64,000 bases of DNA from Camelus ferus (lineage: Eukaryota): NCBI RefSeq assembly GCF_009834535.1, contig NC_045697.1, positions 50,594,001-50,658,000 of the forward strand, read 5' to 3'. The notes below the pieces were generated by a model. The model saw nothing but the letters and a program-made list of their open reading frames with translations, was not told where the DNA came from and made no database searches. A program made the translations under genes and the position numbers. This document shows positions 12,234 to 27,707 of the stretch, piece after piece; within the stretch, counting starts at the first letter, position 1; each line of letters opens with the position of its first letter.

Positions 12234-12999
12234 CTAGAATATAGAATAACTTCCATTAATGATTACTGAGTTTTTCAAAATTTATAATGCTCCAGTTCTG
12301 CAGGAGTTTTAGTTACATCCTGAGAATAGAAAAATTGCTTTGAAATGATCAAATCACTTTGAAACCAAAAGTTAGATAAGGAAATCTAGATGACCCTTAA
12401 TATTGTTCCCTTCAATTGACCAGTGGAAAATCAAATGAGACCAAATAAGGGTGTGTGTTGACCATCAAAGGAGAGTTATAAACAGGGTCCTAGAAATCCA
12501 GGATTTGAAAGTTCTGTATTGACAGGTCAATACATAGGTGCAGGGGGTATTCACTAGCTTGATAATAAGATATATAAATTCTGAAAATAATAAAATAAGT
12601 GCACTAAAATGGGATGATGTACTATGGGAGCACAAGTGAGATATTAATTCTGCCTCATTTTGAGAAGGTGTCAAGGAAGGGTTCCTAAAGGAGTCAATGT
12701 ACATTTTTAGGTCATGAAGTATGAACAAGAGTATACTAATCAGGGAAAGAATAAAATGGCATTCCAAACCAAAAGAACAGTAGGAAAAAATGGACCAACC
12801 TTGAAGTTATATGTTTAGAAAACGATGGAGAGGTCTAGGATATAACAGGAAGTATTCATACATGCTTTAATAAGTGATGTAGGAATAAGAAAGGTTAGCA
12901 GTCTGAGGGATTCCAGTGCTTAAAGTCTGAGCCAAGTAAGGGGAATGAGAGAAAGGCAGTGATGAGGGCAGTCAAAGGAAGGACTTCCAGTAAGAACGT

Positions 13000-15900
13000 G
13001 CCTGTGTGAGATAGTATCTTCTTTCTTCTCCTCCCAGATAACATGCAACACTACACAGTTAATGACAATAACAAAAACTGCAGGATCCCTGTATTCAGCA
13101 AAACTAGAAGACATATTTTCCACAGACTCCAAAAACATGTAAAAGTTACCCAGGAGTAGCAGAGTTAGTGGATACCACATAGGGAGAAAGGCAGAAAGAA
13201 GTTCAGAGAATACCAAGATGGCCAGTACTGGCAGATCTCTGAAAATGACGACAAAAATACACTTCCTGAAGGTGAAGGGGGTCACATCAAAATGCAATAT
13301 ATCTCTCTCGTATTTGTAGCAGAGAATGTAGGAATAAAGGCGAGGGGAGCCCTTTTGGATCTAGCATAGTTCACTGGGGGTATAACACAAAGACTCACAC
13401 AGAGGAGCCATTTAAACGGGAAGCAGTTTGACTCTGTGAAAGTGGTAAAGGAAGAATCTGAAGGCTGCCCAGGACATCCTCCCCAAACCCCAGCAGAAGT
13501 ACCCTGCAAACAGCTTACCCAAGAAAATCCAACTCATTCCATGATAAGTAATAAAAAACAAAAAAGGATTTAACACAGCATCAATACAAGGATACTATAT
13601 AAGGATCAGCCTAGGGGAATTTTGATTCTGGTGATACTTACATGACTATATGCATTTGTCTAAATTCGTGAAACTATACACCAAAAAGAGTAAGTTTTAC
13701 TATATGCAAATTTTTAAGTAAATAAAAGGATACATTAAAAAATGTCAAACCCAAGAAAAAACAGAAACAAAAAAATTTTTTAAATTGAAGCATAGTTGAC
13801 TTACAGGGAAATAAAAATTAAGAATTTACCCACAAAGTAATAAACTAACAGAAAAATGTTATTGTGGAAAAGTTGAACATTATGACCAAACACTATACTA
13901 AATATTTAAAAAATAAGAACTTAGAGTCATACAAACTGGGGAAAAAAAGACTTGAATCCATACAAATTGACCTATAATGGTCAACACTGGGACACATTTC
14001 AGCAAAGTTGATGGATTTTAAAGATTAAAAAAAGAATTCTATGAGCAACTGGGCAAAGATTCAGATTTTTACACTGAATTCCAGAAAAATAGCAGAGCAA
14101 TACCTACATGAGACTCATGTAAAGAAACTGGGAGTCAAGGACTTCATATCCAGTCAAATCATCCTTCAAGATTAAAAGTTTGCTAACAATTTTGAATTGT
14201 AAGAACTCAGGGAATATTGTTCCCATGAGTTTTTCCTGAGGTATGTGCTAAAAGATGAACTTTAATGAATCAAAATATATCTGAGGAAACTGGCAAGAGA
14301 ACTATTGGAGAGTTTTGAATATATTTAGTTAAAAAATTATGACCAAAAATGTGAGGATTGGGGTGACAGACAAAATGTAAATGCTGTTTGCTCTGATTGT
14401 GTAGAAATGATGCAACTAACAAAATTAGAATGGGAAGGCCAAAGATGAGAAAGTTTGCTGACTGCCTATATCTAATGACTGGAATGAACAGATATTATTT
14501 AAAACTGGCCAATCAAATAATAGAAACATAAGAATACTTTAAAGTATAAGGTAAACATACAACAAAGATAATATTTATTGGCAAATATCAGGTAGAAGAC
14601 AAAGAAATGGAATTATGAAAGGGAAACATTTTATTACCTTTTCCATTAGAATTGTCAATAGATACCATATGAAAAAACAGAGAACTAAGAGTACTGTATA
14701 AAGTTATAATTATTAACTTCCTAAATCTCCTAAATATCAAAGGAACCATACACAAAAAGAAAAAAACATAAAAAGAAAATAACCATAAAAACAACAAACA
14801 GAATAGAAAATAATATGACAGTTCAGATTGTATATATTTACCATAATAATAAATATAAATTCTTCTAAGTTATCTATATAATAATATTTTCAAATTGGTT
14901 CACAAAGCAAAATCTAATTCTGTATTTTATATAAAACACACCTAAATCAAAGCTGTTTTCAGAATCAAATAGAATAAAAAGATATATATTATAATGCAAA
15001 GGGGGGATTCAAATGAAGACACAACAATGGTAAATATATAAGTAACAAGTAAAAGAGAAATATAATTCATAAAACAGAAATTACAGGAGGTACACAGAAA
15101 TAGAAACATATTGTATTTATTGAATTCAATTAACCTTTCTCAATCCATGACAGATCAAAGATATAGTAAATATGAATAACATAATTCATGACTTATATCT
15201 GATTGTAATATATCAAGCTCCAAAAAGAGATCATATATTTTCCTTTAAGATGCCCCAAGAATATATTTTTAATGATATGATTTTTGACAACAAAGAAAAT
15301 ATTAATGAACACCAAAAAGTAGATGGTTAGGTAAACTATAGATATTTTCTTTGATCACAACTCATTAAAGTTATAATTACTGGCAAAAATCAGAAAAAAA
15401 TTTAGAATATTATTTTAAACAATCCTTGGGTCAAAAAGAAAACACAAAACAACATTGCAGAATTTCGAGAAACACGTACAATGAAAGTACTACAGATTGG
15501 ATCCTATAAAATATAAATAAAGGAAAGCTTAGAGGAAAATTCACAGTCCTAAATTATTATATAAATAAAATGGGAATTTAAAAATGAGTGAATCAATTAT
15601 TACCTTAAAATGTTAGGCAAAGAACAATAAAATAAATGAGAAAAAGATTAATAAACATAAATGTTTAAATGTTTATATAAATAAGCCTAAAAACTGGAAT
15701 ATTATAGGCAAGGAGAGAATTCAATAAATTAGCCAAGTAAAAAGGAATACATAGAAATAAATGTGAAAATTAATAAGGTATCCTTAACTAAAACGAGAGT
15801 TGAGAAGACCTGTAGAGGATACTCTCACTATTATAATGCTCCATCATTTGTATGCACTCGCCTCTATTTGCATATCCCATGGGAAGAGCTATACCTAGCA

Positions 15901-16610
15901 TTCTCAAACAAGAAAAAGTCAATTACAACAGGAAGGAACATTTTTCTTGCCTAGCAACAGCCCAGCCAATGAGAAACCGTTGCCATCCTGAACTCTTACT
16001 TTCCTCTAATAAATTTTCGTTTAGAACAGTCCCTCCCAACTCTCCCCTTTTCTCTATAAAAAGCAAGCTCGCCTCCTTTGCACTCTGGATTTGCCTGTGG
16101 TCCACCATAGCTTGTATTTCGAAAACTGCAGTTCCTCTGGGTATTCCCAAATAAACTCATTTTGCAGATAAGGTAACTGGCTATTTTATTTTTAAAACAG
16201 ACATAAATACTATCCTATATAAAAACATGTAAGAAGATATAATGAAAGAAAAGACCCCATTATAATAGCAATACAAAAAGTAAAATACTCAGAAGTAAAC
16301 TTAACAAGAAATGAGTAAAATTTATGTGGTAAAAGACAATCTCTAGAACAACACCAAAAGACTTAAATAAGACTGAGGACTAGTCATGGTTTAAAGATTA
16401 AACCATGTTCTTGAGCAGAAAGGCTCAACATCATAAAGATGACAATCCCCCCTATGTCCATTACACATTGTATATGACTCTAATAAAAAATGGCATTTCT
16501 GCTGCTTTCTGGATGAATAGAATTTTATCCTAAAGTTAATATGGAAAAATAAACGAGAAAACCAGCCAATCTTTGAATAGGAAGAACAATGAGAGGGAAC
16601 TCCTTGTACT
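13000..16610 (+). mobile_element. Degenerate old L1M (5'/ORF1/ORF2 fragments), interrupted by an LTR
   Basis: A-rich strand bias and ORF2-like text (aaagcttagaggaaaattcacagtcctaaat; gaattttatcctaaagttaatatggaaaaataaa). Confidence 0.7.
15762..16203 (+). mobile_element. ERV1-class solo LTR (442 bp)
   Basis: TG...CA ends and 4-bp TSD TAAA. Contains CCAAT, TATAAAA and AATAAA in promoter-to-poly(A) order. Confidence 0.88.
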
Positions 16611-18989
16611 TGATGCAGAAAGACTACGTGAGTAATCTTTCTCATTTAAGGTAATGGTACCACCTTCTGCCCAGTTACTTAGTGAAAGTCTGTGAGTCTC
16701 CTTGTTTTTTCTTTTTATTCTACTTGCTATAAACCATCAACAAATGCAGAGTATATGTTTAGAACCATCCCAAGACACCAAAATTATGAAGCATCTTCTC
16801 ATCCCTATCTTAATATAGTTCTCCTATATTTAGAAATATACATTAGCAGTCCACTCAAGCATTCTCTGGTTCCAGATAAAAGCCTCCCAAATCCCTACAA
16901 AAGCCAGAATTAAAATCAAGACTAAACCAAAACCTCTCACTTCATCAGTACTGATGATTTAAGCAAGGAATTGAAAGAGACATAATCCAATGTGTTATAC
17001 AAACAACTGTGATTAACAATCTGAAAAGTTTCATGTAAAAAAATATTAAGATGAATTTCAATCAGCATGGAAGAATCTTTTAGGCAGTTCCACTCCTTCA
17101 ATAGTAGTATCTAGTTAACTTGTTATTGCTTCTAAGTGAGTTAGGCCAGCGATACTCATGATACCTATCAGAGTCATATTTAGACTTGATTGGTCAGTTT
17201 CTGTGCTATCAAACCATGGCAAGGCTTCTAGCCTGCTGTTCATTAGACTAGATGATGATAGCAAAAGAGGGGTGAACCAAGGGTGAGTTAAGAGCAAATG
17301 TATTCAAATAATGCATCAGACTCTCCTCCCTTTGCCCCTCAATACCTGTTCCTGTTGCTGAGAGCCAGATACCCTAACTATTGCTTTATTTAACCTGTCT
17401 TACTTGGCATTGTGAAAATTGTTGTCATTCCTATTTTCAATTCTGGTGCCGTTATTTTTCTTCAATGACTCCCATGGCTTGCTGTGCCTAATTGTTTCTT
17501 GCACCTCAGCTTTTTCCCTTGGGTAATCAGCACCAACAAGTTACAGTAGCTACTTTATAGAATGATGCATGTATCTCTGACCCTCAGATGACTTCTTCCC
17601 ACACTCAGTTTTATCCTCGTATTGTGTGTATGATAACCGCCAGGGAGAGGGCCTAATTTTTCCATCACACAAACCTAGATAAAAATGTTCTATAAGTAGA
17701 GTCTTAAGCAATTTCATTGTGTCCAGTGCTTTACACCATGTTTATAAGACATAGCAAGAGAAAAAGACTTATTAGAACCTATCTCCTGGGATCATAGGTT
17801 CTGTTAGAACTTAATAATTAGCTGCTGGGCAAGATACGCTCCTTACACAAACAAGAGTTGTCCACTTCCAGCCCCCTGAGTGGTTTTCTAGTCTAAAATT
17901 ACCTCTGTGATTTATGCAAAATTGCAGATTGTAGCAAAGAGTTGTTGGCAACTGACACAGAATGCCAATTTTGAGGAAATTAGTATTCACTCTTAAAAAA
18001 AGCTAACACAAACAACACAATACGCTTCATTTTAGAGTGTCTATTTTTTTTTTTTTTGGTTAAAATTACCTAAATGAGAAGTTCACTTATTCAGACATTT
18101 CCAGGCCGTTTCCTACCTTCATTTATTTAATAATTAAGAAATCATCCTAGGACCACGCCAAGCAATGGAGACACACAGTTCTCACATGGAGAACAGATCT
18201 GAATCAGAATCATAATACAGTGTGACAGTTCCACGTCAAAAGGAGGTGTAAGTTACAGCGTTGACATCAAGCACCATTATCTACTCTAGCTGAGAAGAGC
18301 ATGGGGCAGTTAAAGGTCTTAGAGACAGATTCTTGATGTGGGTAGGAATTTGGTTTGCTTCTGCTTCAGTTACCTTATGCTTTTCCTATCCTTTCCAATT
18401 GATAAATTATTTTCTATAAAAATGTGAGGAGGGCATATTATTTAGCCCCAACTGTTAGAAACTTCTTTCTTAAAGGAGTGGAAGTCTACCTTTTCCCAGC
18501 TTTTACCATGATCCTAGATCTGTCGTCCACAGCAACGCAGAAGAAGTCTCATCTTCCTTTTCCATGAGGTACATCTTCAAATAATGATGTACTTGCTTCT
18601 GCCTGCGTCAGCAGATGAAGCAAAAGGGTGAATCCAACAGGAGCTAGAATCTCACATGTAGGGTTCTGCTTTGTCACTTTCTCTGGATAAGGGAAATCTG
18701 AGTCATTCCTGTTACATTAATTCATCCCTGGTCTGGCTTAGAGGAAAATTGCTGAGGAAACTGCAGGAAGGAAAACTCAGTACTCATCAACAGAAGAGCA
18801 CTTGATGGAAAAAGGACAAATGCCTCCCAGAGGCCTAAAGATTTTGGATTTGAATATGTTATTTCTTTCTCCATAAGCTGCTATTGCATTTTGAAGCATA
18901 AAACAGACAAACAAAAAACCTTTCCATAGAAAAATTCTCCATAGAAGCTAAATAGGCAAAGCCAAAACATATGTGATGGGAATCATCCT

Positions 18990-19245
18990 TATATAAAAAC
19001 TTACCACATGTCCAGCACTGTTCTAGTGCTTTACACACATTAACTCATACATCGTCACCAAACACTGTAAGAGTATTTTTATGAGACACAAATTAACATT
19101 ATTTACATTTTATAAATGAGAAAACTGAGGAAACACAAAAAGCCCAGTAATCTGTCCAAGGTCATAAAATTATATGAGCCAGAACTGAAACTCATTTAGT
19201 CCAGTTTTAGTGTCCAAGCTTCTAGTCATTTCTCTATCCAGCCTC
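18990..19245 (-). mobile_element. MIR SINE
   Basis: cattttataaatgagaaaactgagg...taatctgtccaaggtcata core. Confidence 0.8.
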
Positions 19246-19420
19246 CACACTGGACAGAAAGAAAAGGAACTGCTGGAATTCATAGTTGTAAAATCAGAGC
19301 TGGCAAACACCATGTTTTCACTTGTCAGCAAAATAGCATTTCTCGGATTATCATCTTGACTCTTTTAGGAGGCCAGTGTGGGATCTTGGAATAACAGTGG
19401 GTTCATTTCAGTGTTTTGAG

Positions 19421-19598
19421 CAGTCGCCCTCAATTACCCTGACTGTATTAAATTATCTATGGAGCTTTCTAAAAAATACTGATACTCAGGTCTAGCTCAT
19501 AAAGATTCTGATATAACTGTTCTGCATTGGGATCCGGTGACTACATTTTTTAAAGTCCCCAGATGATTCCAGTGGAAAGCTAAGGTTGAGAACCACTG
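19421..19598. mobile_element. MER5-like hAT-Charlie MITE
   Basis: aaaaatactgatactcagg...ttttaaagtccccagatgattc...aaggttgagaaccactg. Confidence 0.8.
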
Positions 19599-21339
19599 GT
19601 TTAGAACTTGGGAAGAAGAGAATGACTCAGAAACTGAGAATGAGAAGAAATGTCTAAGTGAGATCAGAGAAGTGCATACCAATGGTGGCTTTGATCTATG
19701 CTAAGCAATAAAAGAAATAATCCTATAAAATATGGCCATTTCATTAAATTAAAAAGCATAGTATGAATATTACTCAGTCCATTACATAGCTCCCTGATTA
19801 TAAGGATCCTTAGGAGAAATTAATTTTTGGTCTTAATATCAGAAAATGGTTTATTTATCCTGAGCATGTGTTTGTTTTTAATCTTAAAGACACTTAATTG
19901 GGTAACTAGTCATCTTTTTTTTTTCAACTGCTAAAAAGCTTCAGAATGAAATTAGTGACCCTATCACATTAAGTTTAGACTCAATTAAATAAATTCAACA
20001 AACATATATTCAGTGACAGTATATAAAAAAGCAATGTGCTTGGTAGGGGTAAAATAGCCATGAAGATTTAAAGACAGGCCTATTTTTAATTGTAGCTTTA
20101 TTCTTGGCTCTATTTTACATCCAAGCCTTTCTTCCCCTTTTCTTAACTATTTCTCATTTGCATTGTGCTTTATCTACTGCTGTGGCCCACCTTAAACACT
20201 TTTTAGAATAAGTACATCACAATGGCTAATGTGAACTGAACACTTCCTACGAGTAAACACTGAGTTCTAGGAAGATGCAGGAAGAGAGTGTGCACTCAGG
20301 CAGCATGATCAGAGGGCCTGTTTTCATTAACACTAGGCTCTCCTGCTCCAGGAGTCAGTCTTCACCCATCAAGACTACAGCAGAGTGAGAACAAGTTGGC
20401 AGTTATAAATGAAGATATTCACTTTGGACTCATATTTTTAGGGTTATTTTCCCATTATAGGGATGAGATGTGTTAAATCATCCACATGAATCAGTTCCCC
20501 AGGTGACCAAATTCCTCATGGTACCAAACTGTGAGGTCAGTGTTGATGGTAGTATTCCTGAATGTGAAACAGATTTTAAGCTATTAAAAACAGAAACAAC
20601 AACAAACTAGATTTTAAAGCAGTCAGACTCTCCCAAATCCTAGCCAAAATGAGGTAGCCAGCCCAGCCATGGGACAAAGGGTTAAGTGTTAGTATGGACC
20701 AAGGTATTGCCCTTTCTTTCATGTCATTTTGGCTAGGAGGTGAGTGTACATAATTATATAATTATCTTTCTATAATTTTTGAATTTTATTTTCTGCTTTC
20801 TAAAATTAACATATGAAAATAAACTCGGATCTTGCTACATCAGATTCTGCAAACTAGCTTAAAAGACCATAGACTAATGCTAAATAAGTATTCACAAGGT
20901 TCCTTCCTGAATTCGAGACTGAAAAATGCAGACACCTTGAAGAACACTGTGCTGTTCACTGCCCTGTTCTTCCTCTGTGTGGGGGAAAGCTAGACCTCTG
21001 GGGTGTACTAGTACAGATACAGAAAGTATACAAGTTCAGATATAGAGCTATGGGGGAAAAAAAAAAGGTCCTGGTCAAATACTAAAGACTGGTACTCTCA
21101 GAGATTCCACATTAGAGCTCTCAGTGCTACCTATATAAAAGGCTATATTATATTACTATAGTCACAGCCAACTTATATGTCTGATTTTGTTTAACCCAGA
21201 CTTATTAGACTAATTCTTGCCCCTTTAAAAAATAATTAAACCCATTTAAGATCTTGTGGTACATGGGTGTGCCTAAGAAACAGCTTACCAACAGCTGCAT
21301 TAGAACTTTCATGACACTCTGGTGCTACAAATAAAGTGA

Positions 21340-21615
21340 ATGTATTCATTCACTTACTGAACAAAGACTTCTTGGAGAGCCATTGTGCTAGATGCTGGAG
21401 ATAAAATGGGAAGATAAGCAGATCTGGCTTTCGCTCTTGTGGAGTTGATAGACCAGCAAGTAGGATGAACACTAATCAGATAATGACACAGATGAGTGAT
21501 AATCACAGACTGATCAATGTGGTGAAGAAAAAGTTCTTCAGTGTGTCTGTGGTGGTGTGTGTGAGGGAGTGGGTGAGATTTTCAGAGGAGCTGGCTTGAG
21601 GAAGTTATATCTGAT
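21340..21615 (-). mobile_element. L2 3' fragment
   Basis: attcattcacttactgaacaaa...cattgtgctagatgctggagata. Confidence 0.65.
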
Positions 21616-22549
21616 GCATCTGATGTATATCTGAAGTAGTAACACTATTTTGCATTGACTTGATTTTTTTAAATCATCAAATCGTCAATTATCATTATAA
21701 AAGTATTTACTTTGTAGAGAATGAACTTTTTTCTTCTAGAAATTTCAGAAATTTTAGAAATTTTTAATAACTTCCTAGAAGATATTTTTATTTTTGTTTG
21801 TGAGATGGGATCTTTTAGTTTGAAGAGTAGTGACAGAAGGTAGACAATAAAAACATTCCACTGCAACAGTAACAGAAGTTAGACAAAAAAAAGGTACAAC
21901 ATTCATGTATAATTGTGATTAGAAATTATCCATTCCTTCCTACAACTAAGCTTTTTATTATAGAAAGCTCTCCTCTTTTGCAGCACTTTGTACAACTACA
22001 ATGATTAATCATTCATACCTAATTGTTTAATGACTGTCTTTCCTACTAAGCTGTAAGCTCAAGAGGACAAGGCAATATCTGATTTATTCACCATCATATT
22101 CCCCGTGCTAGTGACAAAGAAATCAGGCCCTCATAAGAAGGCCGCATTACATATCAGCAGCTCAAGGAAAACAAAAAATCTAAACAAAATGATAGATTTT
22201 AAGTGTTTTACTGGAAAAACACTGTGACCTCTTTCAATTAATGCTGTCGATAACAACTTCCTCTCTCTTCCCAGTGTCCTGAGGTCTCTCCCTTTCCTGA
22301 TGGTCATGAGGCACCCTCCTCCACTGTGATCTGATTCTTGGGGGAAGGGGAGTCATAAGTTATATTTTTATATAAATTGCTATAGTGTTAAAATGTGAAG
22401 GAATCAGTGTGTGGTAGGCACCTTGCTACTTATCTCCCTCTTCCCCACGATATAGGGATTTTTTTCAATAAATGGCAGTGTTTTATTTTAAATCCCCAGC
22501 CTGCAGCCTTATTTTCTACAATACAGGCACATAGGAGACACTAAATACG

Positions 22550-22985
22550 CTTTTATTGATTCACTGACTAGCTGCATTATTATATGCCAAGCCCTGTGCT
22601 AAATTCCTGAGATACAAACAGCCTAAGACAAAATATCTGTCATGGAGCAGTTCATATTTATTATGTGTGTGTAGGACAGGGGAATGGGCAGACAATCAAC
22701 ATGCAACAGGATTAGCATTGTGATGGCAGCATACATAAGGTGCAAAAGTTAGATCTGGTCCACATCTTGAAAGATGGGTGGGAGGCGAGAGCAAAGCAGG
22801 CGAGTGATGGGAAATGGCAGTCTCTGCAGAGGGAACAGGGTAGGTAATGCCAAGCAGGCAGGCAAGAGACGGTGTGTTTGGGGAACAGTGTGTAGTTCTA
22901 TGGAGCTTCTGCATAAGGTATGAGGGGTAATGTGATGGGAGGAATGGCTAAAAAGGCAGGTAGAGCAGAGCACAGCAACTTTACA
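22550..22985 (-). mobile_element. L2 fragment
   Basis: tatgccaagccctgtgctaaat...tgccaagcaggcaggcaagaga...tgtgtttggggaacagt. Confidence 0.6.
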
Positions 22986-25900
22986 AGTGATGCCTGGAAC
23001 AACTGGGCTTATAGACATTAGAAAGGGATGCTTTGTAATGGTAATAAAACAAATATCTGGTACTCTGAGTTCATGAAAAGAGAAGAAATGAAAGGGAAGG
23101 AAAAGGATTTGGACTTCATTTTATATTTTAAATAGTGTTTAATGTTAGTTTCAACAGTGTAACTAATAGTTTCAGCTGTGAGAATAGGCGGTATAAGTAC
23201 AGTGCTTTCCAGATACTAGCTGGCTGAATTTAAGAGACATTGAAAATGAAACAGTATCCCTACTATTCAGCTTAGAAAATGAGACTACAGCAAGCATTTG
23301 TTCTGTTCTATCGCTTTCCACTCTGCAAACTCAAAGCTGTAATTCAGTAAAGTCTAGTCAACATGGAGGCATCACAAAACATTCCCCCAGTATCTTCCCA
23401 TGAGTACTTCTAAATTAAGGAATAGTGGGATGGAAAGTAGCAGAGGCTAAATGCTGGCCACTCCTCCCTGCCCCAGTTTGACAACGGTTCATTCTACAGA
23501 GGAGCAAAAGTCCCACTCCACTCCACTGCCGACAAGACTAAGAATCTTGGTCTCGGTGGCATGATTGCTTTGCGTGACTCCTGCACTCTTAGGTGTCCCT
23601 TTTTGGCTCCTCTTTTTGAAACCCGAGAGTGCCTGGCCCAGCCTGGCGCTGGGCTGAGCTTAATCACACATACCACTTATATCATGTTGCACTTGCCTGG
23701 AACATCTGCTCCTGTGTTACTACCTGAAGGCACCTCCTGTAGGTGGGAGGTAATACTCCCAGGTTGGCAAAAATGATCATTTTTCACAACTGCAGCCAAT
23801 TTTCAAAAAGGGAAGGCATTCCACTGACAAAATATCTTGTGGTTTTCCATTTAGATAGGATGTCCCTTGAATAAAAAATATCTGATATGTAGAAATTTGC
23901 AGCAGATGGGCAGCTTCAGTGTAAAAGCTGAGCACCAATACAGAAGCAGCGCCTTGAGAAAACATGGTGTCCAAAGCTGAACCCTGAAGATGCAGTCTGT
24001 CATCCTCTGGAAACAGAGGACTAAGTCATCACTGTACCCCACAGTGTTTCATAGAGAATATGTACTGAATGCATATTGCCTGAATGAAATCAAGAACACC
24101 TCTGGGTCCATAGGACTCTAAGCAAAACCAGCTACTTGCTAACCCTCAAAATGCTCTTTTAAAAAGACCCAGCACCAATGCCACGGCAATAGTCCCACAT
24201 TTCAGTTAAAGGAGCAGCACGTAACCCTATGTTGTGGCCATTCAGGGGGACCTATTTAGATGAGATGTCCTACATAAGAAAATAAAATAGGCAGAAAAGA
24301 ATTTGAAGTAATATCAGATTCTGTATTCGTTCAGTGGTAATTAATACACATAATGCCTTGTCATTATGACACTTTGTTATCTTGAAGGGAAAAAAACAAC
24401 TGTTTCAAAGAAATTGGAGGACTTCTGTCTTACCTCATCACAGTAGAGCTAAGCATAAAGACTTTGTGCTAAAGCCAACAGTGTTCAGTTTTCCTTCTGA
24501 ACGGTGACACTGGGTAGGTTACCACACACAAAGAGGTTACCAGAGCAGCAGTGATTTATCGGCAGTCACGATGGTACTCAAACAGCCTAACAAGTAGTGG
24601 GGCTTAGGAGAAGAGACGCTCCACTCCCAGTGTCTTTATGTTTCCTCAGTTACCAAATGAAATGCTTGCTTGAGGATGCTGAGTTTTATTTGTGCCACTG
24701 AATATTTCTCATTTAAGTCACCTGTACTTGCATACAATGCTCCCCCTGTACTTCCATCCCCACCTGACCACCACCAAGACTATAAGCTCTTGAAAGACAG
24801 GGACCACTTGTCGCTCTCTACAAACTACATAGTGGCTCAAATGTCATGTCTGCTACGAAGCTTCCTGGGATGACACGTCCTCAGCAGACGGGTGTCCCCC
24901 TGCAGCATCCTGCTGTGTTGGGTATCAGTACTACCTCTTTACCTCAAGAGTTTAGCACATTCTCAGTCCTCTAAATATTTCAAGCCCTTGAATAATTCAA
25001 AGAAGCTCTTTCTCACCAAACAGCTGGGGTCCATGTCCTAACTCATCCAGACTAAAAGCTAGCCAGGTGTCGACACATATTTATCAAGCTAAGTTACGGT
25101 ATGGGCATATTTCTTCTAGTGCAATTATCTTCTGCTTTAAGACACAAATGAATCATTAGGGCTCTGAATCTTTTCTGGCCAAGAAATACAGTGTGAGCTG
25201 AATGCTGAACATTGTGAGTGTCATCAGAACATGTTCTATAGATATGAAGTTGCCCAGTTAATCCTCCTTCATTATTTCCATTAGCTAACAAGGCACATGG
25301 AGTCACTGCACATAATTACTGCTCTAATAGACATGGACGTTTGAAATATTAACTTTCCCACAGACTTCAAATCTTCAGTAAGCAGCTCTCAACAATTCAT
25401 TATATTAATCATATATGTCACCACACTCCTATTAAATATGCATGAGATTAAACACCATCCATGTTGTGAACTGTCCAACATCATTTTTAATATAATGTAT
25501 TACTTTTTAGGTACTATAATTATAACAGCACCTGGTGCCGCTATAATAAATGTAAATTTAACTACTTGGCATGTAAATAACCAGTATTATAGCTAATTCT
25601 GCTTTTATTCAATTTTTAACATGCATTCAGGTGAAAATATTTTGTAACACAACGGGTAAAGTATTAATAAAGTTAATGTTTTACAACATAGGAATGTCTA
25701 ATTTAAAATTGCATAAAGAAGAGGTAAGTTAATTTTCTTACACTTAGGTATTTTACAAATAATTCAAAATTGGAATTTATCAAGAAATTAGCACACAATG
25801 TATTAATACTTACAAGAAAAATGTAAAGTACAATTTATGATGTCATATTTCTAATCTAATACTTTATAGCCTTTATAAATTCTATATTTATGCAAATTAT

Positions 25901-26064
25901 TACAACAAAGACTAGGTTTGATCCCCAAAACAGCAAACATAAAGTCCAGCAGAAAAAGAAAATAAAATTTCAAATGAAGGTGAAAAATACATCATTAACC
26001 TTGGATTATGTTACTCTAAACTTTATAGTTATGTATATGGCCACAGAGTATTAACTTAAGCATA

Positions 26065-26520
26065 ATAATGGAAATAATAGTAGTAGCCACAGTTCACACA
26101 TCCCAAGGGCCTACTTAACCTACTGCGTGAGGCACTGTGAGTAGAGCTTGACACTCAAATCTCATTCAATTTTCACAATAACTCAGTGAAGAAGATAGTA
26201 ATACTATCTGTGCTTTACAAATGAGGGAAATGGAGGCTTATACAGATTAAATGACTTGTCAAGGACACAGGGCTTGGTAGGAGAGGGGTCTGACTTCAAG
26301 TCTGTCCTCCTAAACACACAGTCAGCACCCACCTGCCAGCTTAGAACACCATGTCCTTGTATGGCCTTGGGTAAGTCACTGAAGTCTCGACAGCTCATTT
26401 CCTCTAATTGCAAAATGCAAATACTAATCTATGCCGGAATTATTGAGGATTAAATGAGATAGTTCACAAGAAAGGGCTGTGCAAGTAATGGAGTTACATA
26501 ATGCTGTTGCTATGTTATCG
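26065..26520. mobile_element. Two adjacent MIRs in opposite orientation (about 26065-26330 minus, 26345-26520 plus)
   Basis: tttacaaatgagggaaatggaggctt...aaatgacttgtcaagg, then ccttgggtaagtcactgaagtctc...ctaattgcaaaatg...gaggattaaatgagata. Confidence 0.75.
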
Positions 26521-27066
26521 ATGAGATAAGAAAATAAAATGTTGAAAATGAATTAAAAACTGCCCATTGGCTCTTGGTCAAAATTTCCCAACAAAACTAA
26601 TACACCAAGGTAAACTTCCCTGGTCGTTTTATCTTGCTTAACACTAGAAACTGTTACATAAAGGAAATATGAATCAGCATCTCCGTAAGAGACAGACAGA
26701 TAAGCATTAATAGATTAAATTAGAAGGGAACAGTAAAACTAGAAATGCAACTTTATGGATGGTTACGATGCAAACTGTGTTCATACTACCAGATTTGGCC
26801 TTTCAAAGAGCTCTGCAAAACTAAGGCTTCTTAAAGTTACCTTGAGTCACTATCAGGCCCTAGTTTACTATGATGCACATACACATTTTGATTTGCGGCA
26901 ATATTTAAATCCTTAAGTCCAGGGAGAAAAAACAATATTCAAAAGTCTTAGAATTCATCATTTTAAATAAATGATACATTATAATTGGGCTTATTTTTCC
27001 ATATGGATTTGTGGCTTAAAAAATTATTTCATATGCATCATGTCAATCAAGATCATAAAATTAGTA

Positions 27067-27281
27067 CTGTCGACCCCTGAACAATGCAGAGGTTAAGGGC
27101 ACCAACCCTCTGCCCAGTTGAAAATCCACACGTAACTTTACAGTTGGCCCCCATAATCATGGTTCCATGTGCATTGATTCAATTAATTCACCCTGTAGTA
27201 CTGTAGTATGTATTCAGTGAAAAAAATCTGCATGTAAGTGGACCTATGCAGTTGAAACCCATGTTGTTCAAGAGTCAATCA
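27067..27281. mobile_element. Tigger2-derived MITE (Tigger2a/MER8-like)
   Basis: TIRs ctgtcgacccctgaacaa...ttgttcaagagtcaatca with TA flanks. Confidence 0.85.
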
Positions 27282-27707
27282 TATTTGAATAAATGAAATC
27301 AGAAAACTGGAATTCACCAAGGTTAATAGTGGTAAAACAAAGTCTTTTACCCATACCTTGGTGGTGTGTGTTGGGGGGTGTGGTGTGTATGGACAGACAC
27401 ATATCTATTAACATGTGATTTGTATGTATCTAGTATGTATCTAGCCTTTCCACCCTTCTTAATGTTTAAATTTTTAATGATTTAAAGGAAGTATATATAC
27501 TCAGAAGAAAAAGTAGGAACAAAGGGGTCACATATTTCCAATAATTCTTATATTCATTATCAAGGTGCTCATGTCATTAGAGAAGGAATAAGGAAAATCT
27601 TTATTTGCATAAACCCACAAATATGCTAAGTCACATTTTCAAACATCTTCATTTGATGATTTTAAGAAGAGACTGTATGAGTGCCTGGAATCTCCAGACC
27701 CACCTAC

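Noticed and set aside
26065..26520. Inverted MIR pair as a dsRNA hairpin near exon 5
   Set aside because: The copies look too diverged for stable pairing.
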